Of a DNA stretch of 64,000 nucleotides, positions 46,695 to 58,985 are shown piece after piece; position 1 is the first letter of the stretch, and each line of letters starts with the position of its first letter. Made by a program: the position numbers and the translations under genes. Source of the stretch: Zygnema circumcarinatum SAG 698-1b (taxonomy: Eukaryota; Plantae; Zygnematophyceae); NCBI GenBank assembly GCA_037447605.1, contig CM074808.1, positions 1,178,001 to 1,242,000 of the forward strand, read 5' to 3'. A model generated the notes under the pieces. That model was not told where the DNA came from, did no database searches, and worked only from the letters and a program-made list of their open reading frames with translations.

Positions 46695-49316
46695 CTATTT
46701 CGACCCTACATTTATCTCTTCTGCAATGGTAGTTAGAATCCTCAACACTTCCGTCATGTTCGCGTTCAGAGGAGTGTGCTTGGTTCCCTCTCCCAACACG
46801 AGGTAGTACTTGTGGCGGCTCACTTCCGCCAAAAAATGGAAGCATGCATTCCAATAGCCGTTGGGACGGATCTCAAAAATGAAGCTGCCGTGAGGCATGA
46901 AAAACATGTTGGTCATTGCGGCCCCGTGGGCTGCAACGTATATTCGCGCTCGATTAAAGAGATCTTTCGCTGCAAACGGCCATACGATAACGAGAACCAT
47001 CCCCAGCAAGTCAGCAACAGCGGAGCATGCAGAAATGCTGCAGACTATTGCTAAACAGTCCAAGCCGGTATTTGTGCGGCGTGGAATGTGACCTTCAAGG
47101 ATGGGGATGCCGCCATCAAAGATCTTCACTCTCTCCCTCCCGAACAGGCTGACCATGGCGGCCTCCACCTCATCCGTCTGCACCAAGCTTCTCTCGCCAT
47201 AGCGCTTTGCCAACACAGCGACCCAATCGGGAGGGGGTCTGCTCCCACCCGTTGCGATTTTCCGAGGTTTACGTTCAGACCAGTCCGGGTTCAGCATTGG
47301 AATGCCATCAGGAGGGAGGAGGAAATGGCTCCTTAAGTACTGCCACTGCGCGCGGCTCGGTCTTGCACAGGGGGCATAGTACGGCTGCAGGGGCAGATAG
47401 CGGTTTAAATTGAATGAAGTTCGATCACGATTAAGTGGAATCAGTGAGACCAAACAGAAAAGCAGCTGCTACCGATCACACTCGAGAAAAAACAGCACCT
47501 GATAGACCTTCTCCCCAAAGAGCAGCTCCTTGTCTTTGAATTCGTAAATGTTTAGCTGGTCTGCGCGAATGCCGAGTAGTGGCAGGCCTACGTTCTGAAG
47601 AAAGGTGTGCTGCAAAACCCACCCGAAACACCAGATAGGGCCTCAAAGTTTAGAAGCTCCCAGTAGCAGTGTTCCCCTAACTATCCCCCGTTTTTGGAAG
47701 GAAAAAAGGCGTACCCTGCTATGGCCTTGAGACGAAGGGGGACGCTCACCTGGCCCTCTCTGTGCGCCACTGGAATGTTAGGGTTACGGCGAAACACGTC
47801 TGCCAGCAGCAGCAGGGCGGGCAGCAGCTCTACCACCCCGTGAAAGAAGGCGTAGGCATTCCAATGGGCCAGATTCACGATTTCTCTGAACACACGAACT
47901 GGTGTGTCTGCCGGATACACGTATGGCTGTCCTGCAGGGAGAGTCCACTAATCCTCAGATAGTGCCAGTCACTCTCTAAGCCTGGCTAGTATTGAGTAGC
48001 ACCAGCAACGCTGGGGGGATTAGGCAAACATAAGCTAACATAAGTGATGAAGTGGATGTCGAATAGGTCCACTGATTTTTGTTCATTGTTGTTCGAAATG
48101 GTCAATCATAAAAGAAGTCGGTTCAGACTCTATTCAAGGTTCCTAATCTTGTAAAAATTAGCCTCTTTAGGCTATTAGTCTTTTTTTGGTTTTGAGTAAT
48201 CGTTAAGTTACTTTATGTTATTTAAATGTATCCGCCATGAAAGCTGAATTGCTGCGGGAACAGTTGCATGTAGTCGCAAACCCGTAGACGCTTTCAATCT
48301 CCATTGCCTTGCTTCTCCCTTCTTAGACAACGTGGGAGGACGAACTCGAAGCAGACTGTTTATTGTCTCAATGAAATTTGAAGCGAGAGCCTATATCCAT
48401 TTACGGTGAAATATTTGTGTACATATGTAATACTTTTTCATCGTCATAGAAAACAGGCCTCTCGAAAAACAAGTTATGGATAGCTTAGCCGTTCTACCGT
48501 CACGGCATTTCTTCTTCCTGAATCTTTACCAAAATTACTTTATGTACCGCCATATCCACTTGCAGACCTCCAGGCTATACACAAGAATTCAAAAAAAGGG
48601 CAGAAGACAGAAGGCTGTACTTCACCGTCACAGGCGCAGCCTCCTCGGTCAATGTGATACTTGGAGGTCAGCGGATTGCCACGCGAATTGATATATACAG
48701 AGCGGAGAATGTACACCTGCGCTCCTATTCTCTCGTGCCGCACAAAGTCCTGCAGAAAGGAGCAATTAGGGTTGAACTCCGGAATGACACCTGGCCCCGG
48801 ACGCGGCTTCAGTGGCGGACAATTCAAAGGAGGCTCAGGATCAGCGTATTCGTGGTCGGATAGCTCCTCCTTCCAGCAGGCCTCCACCCACGAAAAATTG
48901 CCGCCACAGGATTTAAAATCGGGACAGCTGCTTCCTTTACAATTGAGGGTTTCCATGCGTCCAGGGTCATTATTGAAACGGAAAAAGTCCAAGTGCACTG
49001 TCTTCAGATTCTCTCTCCTGATTTCTGCTCCCAAAAGCTCACTTCTTAATGGTCCCTCCCCACCCTCCGTCCCCTCCAGCCTCTGCAACTCCCCTCGCCT
49101 TGTAAACTTCCCAATGTCGGATGTCCAGCGGTGCGATCTGTGCGTCTCATTGGCGTAGAGCTTTCGCCTGTTTACAGAGTCCACATTTGCTGCAAATCGA
49201 CCGTACCGTCCGGAATCAGAAATCTTCTCAGAAGACGCGTCTACGTAGAGAGAGGGCGGCCATGGCAGGCAGCACAGCGCCAGAAGGAGGAGCGCCGACC
49301 TCGAGCCTCCCGCCAT
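46695..49316 (-). CDS. Glycosyltransferase family 61 protein, paralogue B
   Basis: Signal peptide MAGGSRSALLLLALCCLPW. Exons 49316-48621, about 47940-47752, about 47640-47500, about 47410-47093 and about 46970-46695; same exon layout and motifs as paralogue A (FFHGVVELLP, AAHGAAMTNMFFMP). Confidence 0.82.
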
Positions 49317-49504
49317 GGCCGCCAGGAGAGGCGTAGACCGCAGCGGCAATGGAAACAGAAAAGGGCGCCGTCGGTACCTGTTGCGAGCACCTGTTCGTAC
49401 AGATTTATCCGTACATCTCCCTTCACCAACAATGTACGGCTTAATACGGACTGCCGACATCCAGCCGTTGACAAGTGTTTCGTACGTATTCGTACGAATC
49501 AGTA

Positions 49505-49869
49505 CAGTAGGGGGTCCTAATATTTTCCACCCTGGTTCCGGGCAATATGAGGCGAAAATATTAATTTTGCATATATAAGGTTCGTGTTACGAATAGACGG
49601 GCGGTAATATGTTAGAGTTCATGTTGGACCGTACGTATCGTACCGTATCATACCGTAACATATCGTACTGTGTATCATTTAGCATCGTATCGTATCGTGG
49701 CATATCGTGACGCATAAGCGTAGTTTTTAGGACTAGTATTTTAGGACGGATAGTACCGTATCGAGGAGTTTCGTATCGTATCGACCATATCGTATCGTAT
49801 CGAGGTCAAGAAGACGGGGAGAAGAGCGAGCGCCTCTTACGGCGGCACGAGCGGGGAGATTACTGTAGG
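49505..49869. mobile_element. Left part of a Tc1/mariner-like MITE interrupted by the second Gypsy element
   Basis: Begins TA|CAGTAGGGGGTCCTAATATTTTCC; colinear with 55335-55620, including ATCGT pentamer runs. Confidence 0.7.
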
Positions 49870-52559
49870 TGTAGCGTAACGGAGCTGCGTTCGACGGATC
49901 CGCGTCCGTTCAATTGTACTTGACATATGCCTCTTCCGTGTCACGGATCAACGGGATCCAGGAGCTGCCAACGGAGATTGAGAGTAGGCGGCGCCATGCA
50001 TTGGCGGCCCACGGAACAGCACACCATCCAGCAAGGCGCACCCGGGAACACCGCCAGAGGCCGCCGATTATCATTCGTTGACCTATCCGAAGGCTCCACA
50101 TAGTCAGTCAGGCCTCTCAGTGGGCAGTTAGCCAATCAGAGGCTGTCACTACTAAGACTCAAGATCTATTGTCAGAATTAAGTAGATGGGATGTCAGTGA
50201 TGCTGTTTTGTCTTTTAGTGCTGGGCTTAGTATTTGTATTTGCTGTGTGCTTTGTCTTCTNNNNNNNNNNCCGCGGATGCCGTGAAGAGAGGAGTGCCGT
50301 TTGAACCTGCGGCCCCTACCGCGGCCCCCCAGAGACAGAACACACGAGATCTCAGTCGGATAACTACTGCGCCAGGGGTCCCTTCAAGCACAGCAGCAGC
50401 ACGCAGTCCTACAGAAGAGCAAGGGAATCATCAGAAGACACCCTCACCTCCGGCTTTCACGACTTACCCATCCGGCAGCCCCAGGCGAGCGGCTTCGGGG
50501 GCAAGGGCAGGACGATCGCAAGGACCCTCCAGCTTTCGCACCAACCTGCACAGAAGCACACGAGTCAGATCTGAGTTTCCCAGCAAGATGGAAGAGATGA
50601 TGACCAAATTGATAGCCTTGATTCCTGAAAAGAGTGAGGTGACAGACCATGGTATCATCATGCAGAGCTTCAACCGCAAGTAGGAAAGATGTAGAGTCTT
50701 GGCTGAGACACCCAGAAGAGGAGCGCAGCAGACTTGAGAAGCAGATGCCATCAAGCTCGCTCTGGAGCTCGCTGCAGGCGGTGGCAGCGACCGGAAGCCG
50801 CCCAGCCGCACAAGGCAGATGTCGTCGCCACCCTGACAAGGGACACATTCAAGCAAGCTTTCAGACAACGTTGGATTTCAGATCCGATCACTGTGCTAGA
50901 CCGACTTCGCTACATAGAATGCTACAGTGATGAGCGGCTGTTTGAATTCACTGAGCGCTTTGTGCGCATGGCAAATACGATCGAGAACTTGCCTGACTTT
51001 TCCGAAGTGCTCCAGTGGTTCCGCAAGGCCATCAGCGAGAAGGATCTCCACCTGGATCGTGAGCTGCGAGACAACCCACCAGCAGATGCCCAGGCATTGT
51101 TAGACAGGCAGAGCCAATCCACAAGGATCAAGAGAGGAAACCGAGCATGTAAGACCACATCATACACTGAATTGTGACAGATCACGACAAGATTGAACTC
51201 TACGGTGGAGTTGAAGACAGAGAATCAGGCTGTCGACCCACGTGAGACCTGCCCGGACAAGCCTTTCCTTCTCCTGCTGTCACATGGCTTGCAGCTCTGC
51301 CAGCTGCCCGCCCATAGCCAGCACAGCCAAGCCCCTTCCCCTTTCCCCACACCCTCATGATCCGCGCATCCCATCCAGCCAGCCGGTGAATCCTCACATA
51401 CCAGTGCTCCGTGTCCACTACATCGGGCTCCTTATTCCGATTCGCACACCTGAGAGCGAGAGAGCCGCCAGGCCGATCCTGCCCGGCCAGGATGGAGAGC
51501 AGGGGTCCCTGGCGCATGCCCCGGCTTGTGTGCCTACTCACAATCCGCGGCGTCTGCGGACCATGGACCTTACCTCTGCCACCACGGACATGATGCCCCG
51601 TGTGCATGCCGAGACTCTCAGTGAGAAGGCCTGGAAAGAGGGAGGAGGAGGAGCTCACCTGCCGAGATCACTTTCATGGATATGCTCCCGGCTGCTCCCA
51701 CACCATCAAGAACACCTGCTCCCTTTCGCCCGCCGCCACCTCCTTCACCCGCTTACACCATCCTGCAACGACCACCTATCCATCTGCACCCCATGGACTC
51801 CCCTTCCCTGTCGAACGTATTGGGTGCTGAGCCCGATCCTGCTACCCGATCACGCACTGCCCAGGTTGCCGCGGCATTTCAACCGGCTTTATTTGAATCC
51901 CCCATCACTCCCTAGTTTGAACCCATCTCGCACTGCTGAGATTGCGACCGCCCTTCGAGGTTTCCCTGCCAACATAGGCGATCTCATTCTCATCCCGCCA
52001 TTCCTCCTGCCAATGTCATTGGCTGCCAGCTCCCGGTATGGCTCCATCGGCTTCGCCACCCCTGCCCGACATCTTCAGCCATCCCTCCCTCTATGTGTCC
52101 TCCCTTGGGATCCTGCGCCAGAGGCACTTGAAGACTCCATGAAGCAGGAGCTGAGATTGCGCACCAGAGCCGACGCGCACTGTGTGATCGAGAGATGCAC
52201 GCGGGATCCCTCCACACGCTCTGGTTCGGCTCCCCACCTTGTAGCATCCGGTCCATGTATCCCCCATGCAACACACGGCCCATCCTGATTGAACGCATGG
52301 TTCATCAATTTATGAGAAGGCTAGGATTGGGACTGCACCCTTGCCCAGACCTATGCACTTGTGCCAGGTGCCGCCGCGCAGCTTTGAAGCTGGCGACAGC
52401 GTACAGGCCACCCCGCGGCCTCCCACAGGCCTGTCATGACATCCTCACGTCCTCGCGCGATCCACCACATGGCTACGGCGTCTCCGCCGGACCCAGTCCG
52501 CTCCCCTCGCCATCCTCCTCGCCAGATTCAGATCCTCCCTCTCATCCCAACGCCCAACG

Positions 52560-52930
52560 TGCGGATCATCGTCAATGTATGGCTCAACGGTCATCCCAGC
52601 AAAGCCATGATCGACACGGGGGCTATGCGCACGGTTCTGTCCAAGCCTGTGATGAAGGCGGCAGGGGTCAAGTTGGACAAGACGCTTGAGCCCATCCCCC
52701 GATATGTGGGAGTTGAAGGGAGCTTACATGAAGGATTGGGAAGCGCCCAAGTGGTCATCAGTCTTGGCGAGATGGGAGCCACAGTGAATGCAGTCATCAC
52801 AGCCGCTGAACACTATTCTATTCTGCTGGGCTCAGATTGGCTCATCGCGATGGGAGCACAAATCGATTTTGCTACATGTCAACTGCACTTATCTGCTGGC
52901 GGGACAGACTGCTCCTTCCCCATCATCCTC
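52560..52930 (+). pseudogene. Retrotransposon aspartic protease domain
   Basis: VWLNGHPSKAMIDTGAMRTVL...ILLGSDWLIAMGAQIDF. Confidence 0.88.
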
Positions 52931-53639
52931 GAGTCCCTTACCACCTCCGCCTACCCCAAGCGCCACGCCACGGCGCAGGTCTCCTACCCGGAGATCACTA
53001 TGTACCATTCAGTCGGCAGCCCCCCTCCTCCTCATGAATCGGCCAATTCTGATATCGATGACGAGACTCCCCCTCCCTTCTCCGAGTCCAGCTCTCGGTG
53101 CGCCGACGGAGGAACTGTTGCCGCCAGTGATACCTGCACCCAGCTTTCCCCCACATGAGACCATCAGTGATGAGGAGTGGTTGGAAATAGAGGGGCAGAT
53201 GCGATTAGGGCCTGCAGTCCTCTCAGACCCGATCAAGCATTCTCAACTACGCCAAGTGCTGCGCCGAAATCACCTAGTTTTCGCACGACATTCACTCCGA
53301 CATCGAAGACTCACCGATCGAGCACCACATTGAGACGAGAGTCCCGCCATGACCCGACCTACGCCTTTCCGCGCCGATACAGCTCATGTCCATCAGATCA
53401 ATGAGAATGTGGCCCTTTGGATCCATGGAACCTGGGAGAAAGGCCGTGGCCATCGCGGCCGTCGCGCCAAGCGAACATGGCACATCGCGCCTGCGGCACT
53501 ATCGGAACGTAATGCACTAATGAAAATCCCACACATTACCAGATGTGACCCACTCTTCATCCGCCTCCCCTGAGATTTGGTGACTTCGCCTGACATGTAG
53601 AAGTCCTTCTGCAGATTCCCTGCCAGTTGAATTGCTGCA

Positions 53640-54254
53640 TAAATGCTTCAAAATATCACGCGCTTTGTGCAATGGACAGTGCTACCATTCGGGCTCAAGA
53701 ATTCCAGCCAGACTCACCAGCGCCTGGCCAACCAGGTGTTTGGCCCCTGTCGTGCCTTCTGCGAACCTTATGTGGATGATGCTTCGATCCACAGCAAGGA
53801 CTGGTCCTCCCACCTGCAGCACATTGACCAAGTCCTGCAACAGCTCATCAGTGCGCGTCTGAAGATTGCACCCAAGAAGTGCAAATGGGGCCATCAGGAG
53901 ATAACTCATCTCGGGCACCGCCTCGGCATCAATGGCCTGAAACCCTCACTCGACAAGATTGAAGCTATTGCCCTCATGCCGATTCCACAGACCCTCACTC
54001 AGCTCAAGTCCTTCCTGGGGCTCACCTCATTCTATCGCCGGTTCATCAAGGGCTATGCCCTTATCGCACGTCCCCTCCATGCCTTGGAGAAGCACGGAGT
54101 CCAGTACGAATGGAGCCGAGCGCAGGATTTGGCCTTCCACGCGCTCAAGAGTGCCCTCCTCCAGGCTCCTTGCCTGCATCAATTCGACCCCAGCCTTCCC
54201 ACCATTATTGACGCTGACTGGAGTCAGACAGGCTTTGGGGCAGTGGCCAGCCAA
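53640..54254 (+). pseudogene. Gypsy-type reverse transcriptase and start of RNase H; upstream part frameshifted, downstream part lost in the gap
   Basis: VLPFGLKNS, YVDD, HLGH, LKSFLGLTSFYRRFIKGYA and IDADWSQTGFGAV. Confidence 0.93.
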
Positions 54255-54977
54255 NNNNNNNNNNATCGTATCGTATCGAGGTCAAGAAGACGGGGAGAAG
54301 AGCGAGCGCCTCTTACGGCGGCACGAGCGGGGAGATTACTGTAGGTGTAGCGTAACGGAGCTGCGTTCGACGGATCCGCGTCCGTTCAATTGTACTTGAC
54401 ATATGCCTCTTCCGTGTCACGGATCAACGGGATCCAGGAGCTGCCAACGGAGATTGAGAGTAGGCGGCGCCATGCATTGGCGGCCCACGGAACAGCACAC
54501 CATCCAGCAAGGCGCACCCGGGAACACCGCCAGAGGCCGCCGATTATCATTCGTTGACCTATCCGAAGGCTCCACATAGTCAGTCAGGCCTCTCAGTGGG
54601 CAGTTAGCCAATCAGAGGCTGTCACTACTAAGACTCAAGATCTATTGTCAGAATTAAGTAGATGGGATGTCAGTGATGCTGTTTTGTCTTTTAGTGCTGG
54701 GCTTAGTATTTGTATTTGCTGTGTGCTTTGTCTTCTTGTTCTTCTTTTCTTCTTTTCCTTCCTCTTCAGTTACAGCAACAGATGCTAAGTGAAAGAGAGT
54801 GAGAGAGAGAGAGTTCCATGCCATAGATAGAGAGAGAGAGAGAGAAAGGCTCTTCTTGCTGATAGCATTCAGACGTCCCATTCAGCCCAGCTAGACAAGG
54901 ATTTCAGTGAGAAGACGATTTCATTGTAATGACATTCCCCAGCCAACCGCTGGCTGGGGTGAGTTTCNNNNNNNNNN

Positions 54978-55200
54978 AAAGGTAGCCAAGATCGCCGGAG
55001 GAGGGCTTCCGGGGCCGTGCATCGCGAAGGAGCGATGGGCGCACTGGCGAAGGAAGGTGTCCAAACGGGTGTCGAGGCAGCCAAAAATCTCAATAGCCAT
55101 AGGAACAAACTCGTCGGCCGCATCACGGTGAGCATATGCACGCTCCTTGCGAAGGGCCGCATCGCGAGCAGCCACGCCTTCATGATGTGCTGCACGTGAC
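54978..55200 (-). mobile_element. 3' fragment of an RLE-type (CRE/ZEPP-like) non-LTR retrotransposon
   Basis: Open frame AARDAALRKERAYAHRDAADEFVPMAIEIFGCLDTRLDTFLRQCA resembles the K..Y...F.P.A.E..G.L...FL C-terminal endonuclease region of such elements. Confidence 0.62.
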
Positions 55201-55334
55201 AATAAATCGCGACTGTATGGTCTCACTACAGTACAGTACTGTCCTGTAGTTGAGAGGATTCTGTACATTTTGTGTACTTCAGATTCAATGGTTCGACACG
55301 TACGACACGAGCAAGGTACCGAACGGTCAATGTA

Positions 55335-55804
55335 CAGTCAGCAGTCCTCATATTTTCGCCATGGTTTTGGCAAATATGAGGCGAAAATCTTGATTTTGCA
55401 AATAGAAGGTTCGTGTTACCAATAGACGGGCGGTATTATGTTAGAGTTCATGTTGGACCGTACATATTGTACCATATCATATCGTACCATATCGTGCCGT
55501 ATCGTTAAACATCATATTGTATCTTATGGTATCGCATCGTATCGAAGCCAAAAGGAAGGGGAAGAAGAAGAGGGAGACGAGCGAGCGCCTCTTACGGCGG
55601 CACGTGCGGGGAGATTTAGGTGAAGTTTTGCGTAAGCCCGTAACGGCTAGTACAGCTAGTACGAATAGTACGTTTAGTACGGTTGGTACGAATAGTACGG
55701 CTAACGCAAAGCTACCGTACAAAAAGGTGGTTTCGGCAAAATCGGGGCGAATTATTAATTGGGGACGCAGTGTACAGGGTGGAAAATATGAGGACTGCTG
55801 ACTG
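55335..55804. mobile_element. 470-bp Tc1/mariner-like MITE
   Basis: Perfect 23-bp TIR CAGTCAGCAGTCCTCATATTTTC; TA TSD at 55333-55334 and 55805-55806. It ends 85 bp before the DUF2301 ATG. Confidence 0.9.
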
Positions 55805-55889
55805 TACAAAACACGTGTACGGATTCAGGGCTTCGAAACTTCTTGGAGAGCTGCGCTTGGAGGCGGAGAGGCTTGTGCCGGAGTCAGCC

Positions 55890-58125
55890 ATGGCTGCCAC
55901 TGTGCTCTCCACCTCCGTCAGCGCTTCGCCTGTTCTCTCCCTCAGGAACTGCGAGACATTATGTGCTCCCACGACGGCTCTTTTCTCTGCTGTGCGATTT
56001 CGGCGGTGCGCGCTGTCGGCCAGGGATGGCGTGGTAGCAGGCAGGAGCTTTTGCAAGAGGAGAGGAGGGCTTGAGCTCCGCAAGGAGGACGCTAAGTGTG
56101 GCCATCCGAGATTGGGAGTGAAGTGCTCTGCATCCAATGATGCTCCGGAGGCGGTTTACAAAGGAGTGTATGGCCCGTGGTCGATTGAGGAATCTGATCG
56201 CCTGGAGGTATTCACTCATGGAGTTTCAAGGCGGCAGTTATGCCGGTACTGAAAATATTATGAAAGGAATATAGGAACCGAGAGCACGTTATGGACTTTG
56301 GATTTTGATTGTTGCTCGTTGCGCTTTTGTTCCTCCAATCAACTTGCTATGCGAGGGGTTTTTCTCGCAACATTGAATTCAGCGTTTTAGTTATCGTTCA
56401 ACGAAAATTACTTAATCCTGCCTCATGATGTGTGTTGTTCAAATGCACTGGGAAACTGCACTACAACCTAAATTACATGCAGTGTATGCTTGCACTTGCC
56501 TGCGTTTCTGTTTTGAGTGGGTGGTCTTCTAATCCAATCTGAGCTATTCCCGGGTTGCGAATCATTAGCTCGGAGAACCGTTCTCTACCGTTGTTGTATT
56601 ACAGGCTATCTCAGATCCCTTTGAGGTCTATAGTACAATCAATTGGAATAGCATCCGAGCTAAGGAAGTAAAGTATGTGAATAGGACAATCCATACTGAA
56701 CTTTGCTTCGCTCACCAGGTCTACGCGTATCGAGGAGGCCTTGTCACGGCAGCCGGTGCTTTCGCAATTGCTGCGTCAGCTGCTTTCCTCCCTGACGACG
56801 CGCCCCTGCGTGCCTTTATTCTCGATGCATTAAACCCGCTCTATGCATTGGGGGCAGGCGGCTTGGGTGTGTCCCTGTTACTAATTCATATTTACGTCAC
56901 AGTGATCAAAAGAACCCTCCAGCTGCTTTGGCTAGTTGGCGTTGGGGGCTCACTGGCAGTTGCTCTCAATTTTGCTGCTCCCGCTGGAGATAGTCTTGTT
57001 GGTTTCGTTCTGGAACATCCTGGCGGAGTGTGGGCAGTCGGGCCCTTGTTTGCGGCACTCACAGGATTGGTGTTTAAAGAAGGTATGGCCCCTTTCTTCA
57101 TACAGAAATCCTCTCGGTAGAATCACGTAGCGGAGAGTAGGCCTGTGGTTGACAAACTTCTCAGCCAACTTAGCAGCTGTCTTGATGTATAAGTTCTGGA
57201 ATGAACGAGGGCTTAGTCACCGAATGTACTACTATGATTATATATCAGTCTCGCGATATCCTAGGTTGCTGTCAAGCATCAAGCATTTGTCGGAATGCAT
57301 TTTGGTTTTTTAATTGATTTACCTGTGCGCTGTGTTGGCCTTGGGCTCATGATTTCTGCCCTTCTGCTGCTGCTATTACCTCCAGGCCTATGTTATGGTA
57401 AACTAGAGGCTGCTGCGCTCTTCTTTGTGATCCCCGCGACTCTTTTGGGGCATTTGGTGAGCCAGACTTATCTTGATGCCAATCCTTGATGCTGCAAAGG
57501 TGCAAGCTGGTACAGAGATTGGGAGCTCGCAACTCCCCATAGCACCATTGACTCTGTAGCAGTGAGGAAAAACATTTTGAAAAGCACTCACACAAACAAA
57601 GCTGAACCTCCTGTATGAATAAGTGTAGTTATGTGTTGCGGATTACTCTGGACCTGAAACTTGGAGTGTTTTGCGGACAGCATTCCGGACCATCAACAGT
57701 CCTACTAACTACTTGTTGCTGGGCTTGTGTGGCAACAGTCTGGGGCCATGGATCCTGCGGTGGAGAAGGGCCTCCTCGCCGTTTGGATGGTCCTTTTTGC
57801 GACCTTCGGTGCTCGGAAGTTCACCCAGCCAATTAAGGTTTTGCACGACCTTATGGCCCCCATGTTATTTAGTGGATGGCATGATGATTGGGGAGGTTCT
57901 GCTTTTGGGATGTTGAACTTCAATGAGTGTCTCATGCATGGTGCCGTTTTTGCTAGAGTAACGAGAACACTTGATTCTGAAGTGGACTCATCCAGAAAAT
58001 GCATGGTCCCTTCGCAGGACGACATTGGCGACAAGTCGGTCTTTATCTTTCAAGCTCTGCCGAAGGACAAACAGGAAGCTCTTTTGGAAAAACTGCAGAG
58101 TATCTCCAGGAGCGAAATGTCGTGA
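55890..58125 (+). CDS. DUF2301-family integral membrane protein, plastid-targeted, 5 exons
   Basis: Exons 55890-56207, 56719-57082, 57386-57456, 57739-57837 and 58018-58125 join in frame. Motifs YKGVYGPW, LLLIHIYV, GLVFKEGLCYGKLEA and RKFTQPIKDDIGDKSVF. Confidence 0.88.
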
Positions 58126-58985
58126 AATGTGATCACACAAGCGGGTGGACTGAGAGCGTGGGTGTCGCGGCCAATCGAGTTGTGACACTACAGCCAGCGG
58201 CAACATTAACAGAATGGCCGGAACTGTACATAGGTATCTACGCGAGCGTGTACTTTTGAACCTACTGCAAACATGCAGCCCTTCTGAGCCTCCGATAAGA
58301 GTTGAATAAGAAATATTTTTCTACTTTTTCGATAACCTTGTGTTCACTTGCTCTGTTTTATTGCCTCGATTCCCATTTCTCAACGATAAACCTAGTCCTT
58401 CGTCTGTGGGATGTCGTCCTCGGAAGTGCTACATTCTTCATAATGCAGCATGATGCTATGCACATGTTTACTGGCTAGTCATTCCTATGCTTTCAGCGCT
58501 GATGAGCATGAGCATGGGCAGACATCCGCATTCTTGGCAGAGAACATCATTCTTGACAAAAAACATGGGACACGAGTGTCATCAACTGGCGCTTTGATAT
58601 TGATTTTTCTTTCTAAACAATGAGACAATGGAAACGTCTCGTAATACCTCTAATGTGATCATCACTTTTGGGTTGCGCAAGTAGGCATTGTCAGCTCATT
58701 TGTAGCGCCATCGTGACCCTGTGCAGTTCAGATTTGCATTTGCCAGAGGCCAGCCATTGGCGTTCTACACTGATGACGTAACGCAATTTTTTCTCTAAAC
58801 ACCGAGCATTCTGAAGCCACGCTCCTGGTATTGGAAGGATACAACCAGTGGCATGGAATTGCGTGCACAGCCTTTCCACATCTGACACAGCTGCTGGGAA
58901 AAAATACCGGCCTTATATTTGAAACGCAAGACCAGCCATGAGATGAGCGACCCAAGTTGGCAGCTGGGGAAGTTGAGGCAGAAAC

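Larger units (their letters stand above)
49870..54967 (+). mobile_element. Second Ty3/Gypsy copy of the same family with gag, protease and RT; fragmented by three gaps
   Basis: LTR starts TGTAGCGTAACGG at 49870 and again at 54346; frameshifted gag at 50271-52200 is colinear with 5185-7230; protease and RT follow. Confidence 0.9.

Noticed and set aside
50271-53640. Dense frameshifts in gag and pol as real decay or programmed frameshifting
   Set aside because: The segment lies between gaps and shows many 1-nt indels relative to the clean copy, as expected from low-accuracy gap filling; this cannot be told apart from true decay here.
54265-54967. Second LTR at 54346 as the genuine 3' LTR of the RT-bearing element
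   Set aside because: It repeats 49789-50260 including 81 bp of host flank, starts right after a gap, and RNase H and integrase are missing. A duplicated contig is more likely than biology, so no TSD or age can be inferred.
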